From a virus (Duplodnaviria > Caudoviricetes), in IMG/VR virus record IMGVR_UViG_3300037755_000275, positions 1 to 61,617 of that record: a DNA stretch of 61,617 nt, one strand, 5' to 3'. Of the stretch, positions 20,098-28,969 are shown one piece after another. The translations under genes were made by a program, and so were the position numbers. Each line of letters begins with the position of its first letter. Position 1 is the first letter of the stretch. Under the pieces are notes generated by a model, which saw only the letters and a list, made by a program, of their open reading frames with translations, made no database searches and was not told the DNA's origin.

Positions 20098-20357
20098 CTT
20101 TGACCGAGGCCCAGCGCCAGTCCACAACCATAGCAATTGGCTACGAATGGGAATACCTTCGGGCTACTCCAGAACACCAGTACATGGAACGCCAGCAGAC
20201 GAGGAACGTGATTAGATTTCTGGTCTGCTTGCTACATGGCGCTGACTTCGGCAACCACCATGAGACCAACGCAGTGCCGCCGGAGATCATAGACCAGATC
20301 CACGCCCGGTCCACTATCCTGTCAGTCGCATCACCGTTGATTTCCGATTCCCGCTGA
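20094..20357 (+). CDS. Hypothetical protein
   Basis: ATGA-coupled to the HTH gene. Confidence 0.5.
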   Translation: MTLTEAQRQSTTIAIGYEWEYLRATPEHQYMERQQTRNVIRFLVCLLHGADFGNHHETNAVPPEIIDQIHARSTILSVASPLISDSR

Positions 20358-21675
20358 CTATTTCCCTTACCACACGTAGGTCATGTTTTTTGCACCAGTC
20401 CACTACCACAGACGCTTCATAGGGCCTGTGGGTATCATCCAGGATCACATAGCCGCCGTCCACGAGCATGTGGAAGTACCTGGATGCCTGCCCACGGGAC
20501 TGGTGCTGGCCGCTGGGGCCGTCTACTAGGATCAGGTCTAGCATTATACCCTTGCTGGGCCAGTCTGAATAGAATCCATCCTCATCAAGTTCTGCATGGT
20601 AAATTGTGACACAGCGATCTAACGCTGAATTCTTTCTCAGCAATGCCAAGATCCTGTCACTCTGCTTTTTGTCCTCTTCTACAGAGAACAGTAAACCTCC
20701 ATTCACAGCCTGTGCCATTTCAGCTAGAACAAAGGTGGAAATACCAGCCCCTAACTCCAGCACGAATGGGTTATCCATACCACGGACCAGTTGCCTCAGA
20801 TACTCTGCCAGCTCCAACGATATCGAATAGTCATTAGGCATCGGGTGCGGTCCCTTGATCCCATAATCCGGGAACGTTAGCGACGGCACCAACCCCGTCA
20901 TCTGTGTCAGGTCCACCGTGTGGTAATGCCCCATGATGCAGGCCGGGGCCATATAGGACTGGTAGCCAAGTTCCTGGGCGCGGCGGCCGAACAGCATATC
21001 CTCACCACAGTCTGTCTCGCCGCGTGGGTTGCGGTTACGGGTGATGGCAACCTTTGGCCCTCCATAGAACCTCTGGCCGGTTGACATAACTGAGTTTGTG
21101 GAGCCCTGGCCTACCCTGTGTCCAGCATCAACAAAGTCAATCCCTGACTCCCGCACCGCCTCCAGCACATCCCTCCGTATGCAGACACAGCCGAACCCCG
21201 CTGAATCCACCATCACTGCCGGTCCCCATTCTGTCTCCAACGGCTCCACCGGGCGCTGCAACTCCTCCAGCGACATGGCCCGCCAGCCATCCTCATAGTC
21301 CCGGATGTACCCGTTGATGAACCAATTGAGCCCCTTCATCACCGCCGTGGGTGCCGCCACGATTGGCAGTCCCATGGCTGGCAGATGCATCACGTTGGCC
21401 AGCTCGTGGGTCACTGGGTGAATCGGCTTCATGTCGTTGTCAATCATGATGAGGTAGTCGCAGTCACTGTGGTCCAGGAACAGGTCACAGATATGGTTAC
21501 GGGCTGCTTGGGACGTGGTGAACCCAATGGCCGGCACATACTCATACTTGTACCTGTCAGGGTCTGGTCCCGTAACCCGTGGGTCCATGGACCAGGCCAG
21601 TATCCCTTGCATCAGCTCGGGGTTGGGCCAGAAATTTCGTTCAAACCCCATCAGGGGTGATATTTGGACTTTCAA
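20314..21675 (-). CDS. GT-A glycosyltransferase fused to a class I SAM methyltransferase
   Basis: YLIMIDNDM, AGFGCVCIRRDV, GEDMLF; then VLELGAGIST, LILVDGP, GGYVILDD. Confidence 0.85.
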   Translation of the reverse strand: MKVQISPLMGFERNFWPNPELMQGILAWSMDPRVTGPDPDRYKYEYVPAIGFTTSQAARNHICDLFLDHSDCDYLIMIDNDMKPIHPVTHELANVMHLPAMGLPIVAAPTAVMKGLNWFINGYIRDYEDGWRAMSLEELQRPVEPLETEWGPAVMVDSAGFGCVCIRRDVLEAVRESGIDFVDAGHRVGQGSTNSVMSTGQRFYGGPKVAITRNRNPRGETDCGEDMLFGRRAQELGYQSYMAPACIMGHYHTVDLTQMTGLVPSLTFPDYGIKGPHPMPNDYSISLELAEYLRQLVRGMDNPFVLELGAGISTFVLAEMAQAVNGGLLFSVEEDKKQSDRILALLRKNSALDRCVTIYHAELDEDGFYSDWPSKGIMLDLILVDGPSGQHQSRGQASRYFHMLVDGGYVILDDTHRPYEASVVVDWCKKHDLRVVREIVSGNRKSTVMRLTG

Positions 21676-21825
21676 CTGTGTCTCCTTGATGATACTTACC
21701 CATACATTGACTGCGGTCGTGCTCTATAGTCTCACAGCATGCGCCACACTGGCACGTTGATTCAACTGCTCAGCCGAACCACGTCACGCCACATCGCCAG
21801 CAGTGCCATTCCTTGTCAGGCCAAC

Positions 21826-22533
21826 TCATTTCACCTCATACCCAAACAGTTCACCAACCTCGGCCACCCGCCCCTGAAACCTCTCCGGTAGATCCGCCAG
21901 ACACTTCGGCATCCGCTCCGGGTCATACTCCCTATCCCCACCACTGTTGATCCCTTTAGGCGGTGGCAACGTCGGGATATAGGCTATCTGGGCCGCATTC
22001 AGCACACTGGCCACATCCGACGATGCCAACGTTTCCACCCGCCACACGGCCATGGCCCGTTTGCTGATTAAAATAGCCATGTTCCATTCGCACCAGTAGT
22101 GGCAGGCGCGGTCCAGGGGGTCATGGTAGGTGGCAAAGAAACTGGAGTCGCCGCCCAGGTGGGTGTTGGCAAATTCACCATAGGCGTTGCCGGGGATGAG
22201 GAACCCGCGCCGGTAGATGGAGGCAATGGAGGAGATGGGGTCGCGGACTAGGTGGACTATGATTGGTGGCCCATCATCGTGGGCTAGATCAGTAGCTCCA
22301 AGGAAAGGCACACTGAGCCAGGACACTTCTATTTGGTGATTCACCCAGGATGGAACCATGGGCCAGTCTAGTTTGCTTGGGATGATCTCCAGGCCACGTG
22401 GTGTGAGCCGATGGAGCCCAAACACGTCCTCATGGCCCACGAAATCACGGCCACGGCCAGTGAACAGGCGGAAGTAGGCGGCGGCGTAGGCGGTGCCTGA
22501 GCGGGCGGATGCTGTGACCAGGATACGTTTCAT
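21826..22533 (-). CDS. Sulfotransferase-like protein
   Basis: ILVTASARSGTAY (5'-PSB loop) and HLVRDP..S (3'-PB). Confidence 0.75.
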   Translation of the reverse strand: MKRILVTASARSGTAYAAAYFRLFTGRGRDFVGHEDVFGLHRLTPRGLEIIPSKLDWPMVPSWVNHQIEVSWLSVPFLGATDLAHDDGPPIIVHLVRDPISSIASIYRRGFLIPGNAYGEFANTHLGGDSSFFATYHDPLDRACHYWCEWNMAILISKRAMAVWRVETLASSDVASVLNAAQIAYIPTLPPPKGINSGGDREYDPERMPKCLADLPERFQGRVAEVGELFGYEVK

Positions 22534-22727
22534 CGGACTGGCTTCTCACCAAATAGAACTTTGTTCATCATACGGGTTGTAGTGTCGTGGTCTTTCTCTC
22601 CACAGGCAAAACAGATGCGTTCTCCATTGGGTCCATAGGGCCTCAGTTCCTTAAATGCGCCACACAGTTCGCACTCATCCGGTTCCTCAGCGTAGGTCAC
22701 GGGGATACCACCAATGTTTTTGCTCAT
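22530..22727 (-). CDS. Small Zn-finger protein
   Basis: CELCG..ELRPYGPNGERICFAC. Confidence 0.65.
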   Translation of the reverse strand: MSKNIGGIPVTYAEEPDECELCGAFKELRPYGPNGERICFACGEKDHDTTTRMMNKVLFGEKPVR

Positions 22728-23056
22728 CAAATCACTCCCAGCCCTAGGCAAAGGGAGTACACACCAAGCCCACAGCAAACCAGAAAAGCAATCCAGTTCA
22801 ACCAACGATAAGGCGACTCGCTCCTCATGGATGGGAGTTGGGTAATCCCCAGAACAAATTGGAATGCCGATATCAGAATCCATATTCCTGGTTTCATCGA
22901 ATCACCACCTGTCCAGTTCTATGTGCCAGCGGAAAGTAATCAATCTCCACAGTTCACGCAAGCGTATCTTCCACGCTGGGTCACGGTCATGTTTCCATGG
23001 TTTGCGTGCCAGGCATGTATTACACCAGGACAGTTCCTCATTCTTGGGTATGGGTG

Positions 23057-23692
23057 TCATCGAATCACCACCGTCTTGCTGTCCTGACGCCGGTACGTAC
23101 CTGGCACACTGGGTTCCGGTACATCAGCCCCAGGATCTTTCTCCAGTTTCTTGGCCCGTACCTGATCCATCATTTTGTATTCCTCCATGATGGAGCGTTT
23201 GTCAGGCACCGGGTCACGGGGCACCATGTGACGGCCGGGGACCAGTTTCTCATCCACAATGTCAATGGCGTCCGGGGTCTTGCGTAGGGACAGGGTGTAG
23301 TGTTCGCCTTCCAGCTTGGTGACACCCTGGATTTCCATGACGGCGGCCACGTAGCCCTTGAGGCGTTCCCGCGCCTTGCTGAATCGCTGGGCGCGTGATT
23401 GAAGGCGTTGGACTTCAACGCGGGCCACGTCTTCCTGGGTCTTGAGATGGAGCATGAATTGGGCAACGCGGTCCCGTTTCTGCACAGCGGATTCCAGGTA
23501 GCCAAATACTATGGACCGCAGGATCTCCAAATCCCCAGCGGCCTCAGGTCCGCCCTCCCCAGGGTTGTCCGTGACAAACTGGTCTGCCTCCAGCCACCGT
23601 TCCATGGCTTCGGTCAGCTCGGATTCCAGTTCATACAAGGATAGGCTGCGGGGTTGGGTATGGTCAGGTTTGTTGGTCATGGTCTTGGCCAT
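23057..23692 (-). CDS. Siphovirus Gp157-like protein
   Basis: LSLYEL, coiled coil EVQRLQSR..RLKGY, LSLRKTP, PDKRSI, VPG. Confidence 0.75.
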   Translation of the reverse strand: MAKTMTNKPDHTQPRSLSLYELESELTEAMERWLEADQFVTDNPGEGGPEAAGDLEILRSIVFGYLESAVQKRDRVAQFMLHLKTQEDVARVEVQRLQSRAQRFSKARERLKGYVAAVMEIQGVTKLEGEHYTLSLRKTPDAIDIVDEKLVPGRHMVPRDPVPDKRSIMEEYKMMDQVRAKKLEKDPGADVPEPSVPGTYRRQDSKTVVIR

Positions 23693-23854
23693 CGTTAAAC
23701 TTCCCCTCAAACGTCAGGTAGGCGGCAACACCAGCATCCACGGCTTTGGTTGCTTCTATGGAGTCAAAATCCACACCGACTGACATGCCACGTGCAATGA
23801 TTGCCGCCAGCACAAAGTACCTGGCGTCCTCATACTCGGCAATTTTCAGTTGTC

Positions 23855-24478
23855 TCACTCGGTAACTCCCTTTTCTATTTCCTTCAACCGGTTGATGATC
23901 GTGCTGCGGCTGACGTTAAAGAACCTGGCCAGCGCCACGCGGCTGTACTTATCCTTGACCATCTCTGCTAGTAACTTTTCGTCCAGGTCACGGCGCTTGT
24001 TGCCGACATGTTGGCCGGCAGCCCGTTTGCGTTCTATGGCGGCCTTGGACCTTTCGCTACGGCGTTCGGTTTCCAACTTGGCAATTGCGGCAATCAGGGC
24101 GATGACTACCTCACGGAACGGTCCCAGTAGCGTGGAGTCAAGGAACTCCTCCTGGCAGCTTACCCAATCGACCCCTACGTCAGACAGCTTGCGGAGATCA
24201 AACAAGGTCTGGGTGACGCCCTCACGGCTGAATCGGTCCAAGGACCAGAAGGCCACCACGTCAAATTCATGGTCCTCAGCCCGGCGCAACATCTGGACAA
24301 ACTGTTTACGGGTCTTGGCCCCGGCAGCGGACTCGTGCTCAATGATTTCATCTACGATTTTCCAGCCACGGGTACGGGCCATGGTCCGCAGTGGGATGAG
24401 CTGGTTGGTGGGGTCCTGGCCCTTGTCCTTTGTACTGACTCTGGCGTACAGGACAGCGCGTGGTTTGGGGTCAGCCAT
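23855..24478 (-). CDS. Small serine recombinase (resolvase/invertase) with C-terminal HTH
   Basis: YARVST, SLDRFSR, E...RSERSK; HTH ALARFFNVSRSTI; 207 aa. Confidence 0.92.
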   Translation of the reverse strand: MADPKPRAVLYARVSTKDKGQDPTNQLIPLRTMARTRGWKIVDEIIEHESAAGAKTRKQFVQMLRRAEDHEFDVVAFWSLDRFSREGVTQTLFDLRKLSDVGVDWVSCQEEFLDSTLLGPFREVVIALIAAIAKLETERRSERSKAAIERKRAAGQHVGNKRRDLDEKLLAEMVKDKYSRVALARFFNVSRSTIINRLKEIEKGVTE

Positions 24479-24622
24479 CAGTCTTTCTCTGTGCTGTTGT
24501 CTTTGGACCTGTCACGCGGTCTCAGTCGCTTGGCATCGTAGAGACGTTCCAGGTTACGGAGAGCCACCGGCAGTGGTGGTTCCGGCAACGGCGGCCCAGG
24601 GACAGGTTTGGGTTCCTCATGG

Positions 24623-24856
24623 TCAGGCATCAGTTGATCCACCTTTGAACAAGCCTAGGAAACGCTGAATGACATGACGCGCCGGGTTTCCCTTGATTGG
24701 AATTTGCTGGATGTTAGGGGCATGACGACCGGCGGCGTGTACGTGTTCCTCAGCAATGGCTACCTGATCGTCACTTGCCAAGCGAAATGTCTTGACACCC
24801 TTTATGTAGACAGCAGCCCACCAGATGCCATCCTTGTCCCGGGTAAGTTCCGTCAT
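24623..24856 (-). CDS. Hypothetical protein
   Basis: ATGA-coupled ORF. Confidence 0.5.
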   Translation of the reverse strand: MTELTRDKDGIWWAAVYIKGVKTFRLASDDQVAIAEEHVHAAGRHAPNIQQIPIKGNPARHVIQRFLGLFKGGSTDA

Positions 24857-25206
24857 GTCTTCCTCCGTTTAAACACCCCAAGTTCCGCGTTGTAGTACCA
24901 ATCCCCTGCCTCCAGCACGGCCATCTTTCTCTCGGCCGCCATGGTCAGCTCATCACCTGTTACCACGGCCCCAGCCGCCGCAAGTACTGTCACACAGACA
25001 TCAATGGCTTCCTCGGCTATGGCGGACTTGTTGAAAATGGGCCGCAATACTGAGCGTGTCCCAACCATCTCAGCCTTGAACTCAGCCAGTTCTTCATCTG
25101 CCTTGCGGAGGAAGATATCCACCACCCGCTGGCCTTCAGGTGCAATGGGCAGAAGAGACTTGATGATCCAGCGGGAGACGCGGGTGTGGAATTGGGCAAT
25201 GGTCAT
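24853..25206 (-). CDS. MazG-like nucleotide pyrophosphohydrolase
   Basis: KADEELAEF...IAEEAIDV. Confidence 0.65.
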   Translation of the reverse strand: MTIAQFHTRVSRWIIKSLLPIAPEGQRVVDIFLRKADEELAEFKAEMVGTRSVLRPIFNKSAIAEEAIDVCVTVLAAAGAVVTGDELTMAAERKMAVLEAGDWYYNAELGVFKRRKT

Positions 25207-25221
25207 AAGTTGGGGCTACCG

Positions 25222-25291
25222 GTCAACACCCATGCAACTGAGGTTTCTTAGATACATGGGTGTTGACATTTCGTGGTGCGTGGTCTATTGT
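25222..25291. promoter_or_regulatory. 13-bp inverted repeat overlapping a rightward sigma70 promoter
   Basis: GTCAACACCCATG (25222-25234) / CATGGGTGTTGAC (25255-25267); TTGACA-17-TATTGT at 25263-25291. Confidence 0.75.
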
Positions 25292-25309
25292 ATATGGGTT
25301 GGGACACGG

Positions 25310-26084
25310 ATGCAAGGGGTTTTAGTGAGAATCTTGGGCAGTGGTCAAATGACACCCCCTAGGAGGGCTGGGAAGGGGCCTGGGAGCCACGATCAGGGCT
25401 CAGGGGGCCTTGACCCTAACCCGAAGCTGCCCAGGGCCTCAGGTTACGTTAGAGAGGCACCCAGACGGACTACCAGGTCAGGACGCCGGAAGTGGAGCCA
25501 CAAGTACCCCTACCGGATCAAGGTGACCTACCGTGGCCTGCGCCCCGACCGTGAGAAGCTGCTGTTTAGCGGCCGGATATTCTCAGCCGCCTACTGTGAG
25601 GCTACCCAGCGCCGTGACCTGATCCTGGGTTGCCTGGACAGACTGGATACCCTCAATATGGCCTATGATGCCATCCGTCACCTGCGGGACTGCAAAGTAG
25701 AATTTTTAGTGCCAGGAAAAGAGGAGCCGAGGAATGCGTAAACTCTCAGCCGTGATGGATGAGGAGAACTTCAGTTGGCCACGAATCCCCCCGGACCAGG
25801 ACAAGGGCACCAAAGGCAACTACATGCCGCTGTTGGAGGCACTGTGCCGGCATACGGGATTGCCGCCTACGCATCTGCCTCAGGAGATTCCACAGGTGAT
25901 GGACTATGCCAACGTGCAGGGGCAGCCGTTCAACTATCCGGGGCTGTCCAACGCACAACTGAATCAGTGGACGGCGCACAACAGGCTGGCTCTGCGGGTC
26001 ACCGAGGTGTGTGATTTTTACTATGCACAGCTTGGGTGGCCCAAGAGCAATGTGGCGCAGTTGTTGAGGAACGCGGGGCTATGA
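25310..26084 (+). CDS. Two plus-strand hypothetical proteins (about 25310-25741 and 25734-26084)
   Basis: Downstream of the promoter. The second ORF has a GAGGAG RBS. Confidence 0.55.
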
Positions 26085-26340
26085 GCGGCTTTTATGCATC
26101 ACCGGGATTCTGCTGCTTCTGTATGACTGCGAAGGACCGATGCATCTGCGGAGAAGTTGACAGGAGCCAGAAAGGCAGCCTGTTTACAAAGCCTCAGACA
26201 ACACCAGCGCCCCCAACAGACCCAGCACCAGATACAGCGCCGTGTTCGGACTCTCAGCCGTCACGTCCGTCCGAAACATAGCCCCTGGTTCCGTCCCCTG
26301 TGCCCCCCAGGTAAGTACCGGCAGCGTAGGCCAGTCCACG

Positions 26341-26739
26341 TTACCCGGAGGGCTGGTCAAGAGGGGGCGACGTGCCTCCCTGTTGGTAGCTGGCCAGCTT
26401 GACTGTAGGATCTATGCCGATCCAGCCCGCCACGGTCTGTGCATAGTGAACCGGCTTGTTGTTGTCGGTAGCAGGGGCGTAGCCGGCATACACGAGACCC
26501 TTGCCGGCAAAGAACTCGTACAGGTTGAGCCCACGGTCAATATTCAGCTGGATCTGGCGGTGGAGGGCAGCCCAGCCGGCCTCAACGGTTGGAAACTTGG
26601 CATACCCTTCGCTGATCGGGTTTGAGCCCCACGAGCGCAGGTTTCCTGGGTTGTTGTTTCTTTTGGCCAGCGTGTTCTCGGAATTGTAGAATCCCTCAAA
26701 CCGTGCGATGGCCTGTGCCAGGTCGCTTACCAGGTTCAT
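26341..26739 (-). CDS. Lysozyme-like peptidoglycan hydrolase (NNPGN family)
   Basis: AIARFEG, RNNNPGNLR, YAKFPTVEAG, YAPATDNN...YA. Confidence 0.8.
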   Translation of the reverse strand: MNLVSDLAQAIARFEGFYNSENTLAKRNNNPGNLRSWGSNPISEGYAKFPTVEAGWAALHRQIQLNIDRGLNLYEFFAGKGLVYAGYAPATDNNKPVHYAQTVAGWIGIDPTVKLASYQQGGTSPPLDQPSG

Positions 26740-26775
26740 GGTGCCCTCCCTTCCCTCTACCCTGACACCTTCTAC

Positions 26776-26934
26776 CTACTCAGTCGGCCGTTTGGCAAAC
26801 AACGCATACAGTGCCAGTGCCAGCGTGGATGTCTCCTGGGCATACGGAATGGCTGGGGCCAACTCCTGCGCTTGGCTGGCACCGATTGCCGCCGCGCTCA
26901 CCGCAACGATTTTGAGTATCTTGGCAAACTTCAT
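26776..26934 (-). CDS. Small membrane protein, holin-like (52 aa)
   Basis: MKFAKILKIVAVSAAAIGASQAQ...STLALALYALFAKRPTE. GAGGGGAG RBS; next to the lysin. Confidence 0.55.
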   Translation of the reverse strand: MKFAKILKIVAVSAAAIGASQAQELAPAIPYAQETSTLALALYALFAKRPTE

Positions 26935-26949
26935 TTTGTGTTCTCCCTC

Positions 26950-27165
26950 TTAGCCTCTGAATTTCTGGTCCAGTTTGGTGACACTGGAATTGAGCTTGGA
27001 CATCTCGGACGCCATAGCCCGTACTGCTGCTGTGAACTCTACGATGGAAGTGGAAAGGGTCCGGTCCCGCTCTGATAGATGCTGCAAAAACTGTCTCATG
27101 GCATAGACGAGGATGACCGCCACTGGAATTTGTTGAATGAGGCCGGAGCCCAATAGGTCCTGCAC
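26950..27165 (-). CDS. TM + coiled-coil protein (BhlA/XhlA-like lysis protein)
   Basis: GTG start overlaps the upstream TAG. QQIPVAVILVYAMRQF is followed by a heptad coil. Confidence 0.55.
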   Translation of the reverse strand: MQDLLGSGLIQQIPVAVILVYAMRQFLQHLSERDRTLSTSIVEFTAAVRAMASEMSKLNSSVTKLDQKFRG

Positions 27166-27461
27166 TACTTGCCACCTCCACCGAATCTGGAAAGAGCCGC
27201 TGTGATGACCTTGACCCCGTCGCCTCCGAATGCGTAGACGATCATGACTAAGGCCATGCCACCGATGATGTAGCCTTCCTGTTGCACTTCCCAGGTCTTG
27301 GATGTAATGGACAGAAACCCCGTCACTGATCCAACGACCACCGCCACATGGATCGTCTTCCATATCGGGTGAACGCTGTTCTCCTTGGATGTCACCGTAG
27401 ACGCCACTGTGGACTTGACCCGGCTCAGTACCGTATCCGGCCTATCGTTGTCAGAATGCAT
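27165..27461 (-). CDS. Two-TM membrane protein, holin candidate
   Basis: IHVAVVVGSVTGFLSI and YIIGGMALVMIVYAF. Confidence 0.6.
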   Translation of the reverse strand: MHSDNDRPDTVLSRVKSTVASTVTSKENSVHPIWKTIHVAVVVGSVTGFLSITSKTWEVQQEGYIIGGMALVMIVYAFGGDGVKVITAALSRFGGGGK

Positions 27462-28956
27462 AAGCGTCAACCCCTCCTCCCCCTGGCCGTTGTGGAGCCC
27501 CCGATGTAAGCGTACTGACTGGGGCTGGTGGAGTCAACAATGGAAAGGACGCGCCGGGCACTACCAGGTCCGATTTCAATTCCGCATTCAGTGGGAAGTA
27601 GTCCAGCATAGCCTCGTCCTGAAACATGGGGTCCACTGCCAACCCGGTGTCAATATCGGTGGCCGCGCCAACCGGGGTAGTACCAATATTGGTGTACCGT
27701 GCCGTGGGACAGACATTGGCCGCATTGCCCTGCCAGACTGTGTGAGGTTCACCACTTCCACCAAACAGGTTGGAGGCTCCCGCCCCGCCAACCCAGCACG
27801 CTGCGCCCAACGTAGACGCCTCGTTGATGACATTGCCTGAGACGATGGTAAGAAAATTTGCTCCAACCAGGACTCCGGCATTGCCACCATCCAGCAGCGT
27901 GTTGTACATCAGTATGCCGCCGAATCCGTTGTTGAGTGACCCGCTGATGATAGGCTGATTGACCCCGGCCTGGTTGATGATATTGAACAGTAGCGCGGGT
28001 GGACCCGTGCTTGAGAACGCCGCGCCTGACCCGGAGCAACCGTCAAAGTAGTTGCCGATCACAACATCCGCTTCACCACTGGAACCACAGCTAGTGGTGA
28101 ATGGCCCTGTGAACTGACTGCTGATGACCAGCGCAGGGTTGGCCTGCAATGCCCCGTAAGCAGTAGCCCACGATCCTTGGCTGTTGCTTGTCAATACATT
28201 CTTGACTGCTGAGACACCTGACACAGTGAGAGCGCCGGATGTACCGGCAGCCGTGTCCTTTATCAGGTGGAGGTTTTCTATTTTTGCTGACGACGCAGCA
28301 GACTGGGCGAAGTAGCCACCATTTGTCTGGTACAAAATTGGTGTAGGGTTATCAGGATCGTCACCACGAATCACGATCCGGCCATTCCCTACTTGGGTCA
28401 GGTTGGTTGCAGCAAATACACATCCGGCAGCTTCAACTCCAACTTCTATGTCCGTGTAGGTTGTCCCAGTGTTTTCCAGGATGACTGTCCAGCCTGACTT
28501 GAGATCATTGCACAAGCGAGTAACGTTGGCAAGGACACCGGCTATCTCGCCACCCACGACACAAGCCACAGCCACACCAATGTTGAACGAATCCTGGACA
28601 ACAAACGTATCCGCATTCGGGACGCTGGAAATCCTGGACCACCTCCGCCCAGTTGCCGTCTCCATCCACACTGCGGCTGACCCGTCTGTAGGCACCGCGC
28701 CAAGTCCGTGTCCTAAAGACTGGATCGTTGTACTGGCCCCAGTCGTGGCACATAGGCTGGGTGGGACAACAGGTCCGAACGTAGACGGCGCTCCACTCGC
28801 GGCCGGCGGGTTGGCCCCCGTCACGTTGTTGATGACAATGGTGGGGTTGATGGTCTGGCCGTTTGCGTCTGGAACCCCCGCCATGCACAGCACCATGGCC
28901 ATGGCACACAGCGCCCGCAGCGGACCCGGCGGCGTCACATTCATGCACTGGATCAT
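27451..28956 (-). CDS. Putative spike/receptor-binding beta-helix protein 2 (signal-peptide-like N-terminus)
   Basis: Asn/Gly/Val-rich repeats (IGNYF, FNII, YNTL, GNVI); paralog of 28970-30490. Confidence 0.65.
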   Translation of the reverse strand: MIQCMNVTPPGPLRALCAMAMVLCMAGVPDANGQTINPTIVINNVTGANPPAASGAPSTFGPVVPPSLCATTGASTTIQSLGHGLGAVPTDGSAAVWMETATGRRWSRISSVPNADTFVVQDSFNIGVAVACVVGGEIAGVLANVTRLCNDLKSGWTVILENTGTTYTDIEVGVEAAGCVFAATNLTQVGNGRIVIRGDDPDNPTPILYQTNGGYFAQSAASSAKIENLHLIKDTAAGTSGALTVSGVSAVKNVLTSNSQGSWATAYGALQANPALVISSQFTGPFTTSCGSSGEADVVIGNYFDGCSGSGAAFSSTGPPALLFNIINQAGVNQPIISGSLNNGFGGILMYNTLLDGGNAGVLVGANFLTIVSGNVINEASTLGAACWVGGAGASNLFGGSGEPHTVWQGNAANVCPTARYTNIGTTPVGAATDIDTGLAVDPMFQDEAMLDYFPLNAELKSDLVVPGASFPLLTPPAPVSTLTSGAPQRPGGGGVDAYAF

Positions 28957-28969
28957 GGCCGCCACGCAG

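Noticed and set aside
23855-24478. Serine recombinase as an integrase
   Set aside because: It is only 207 aa with a C-terminal HTH and lacks the recombinase and Zn-ribbon domains of large serine integrases.
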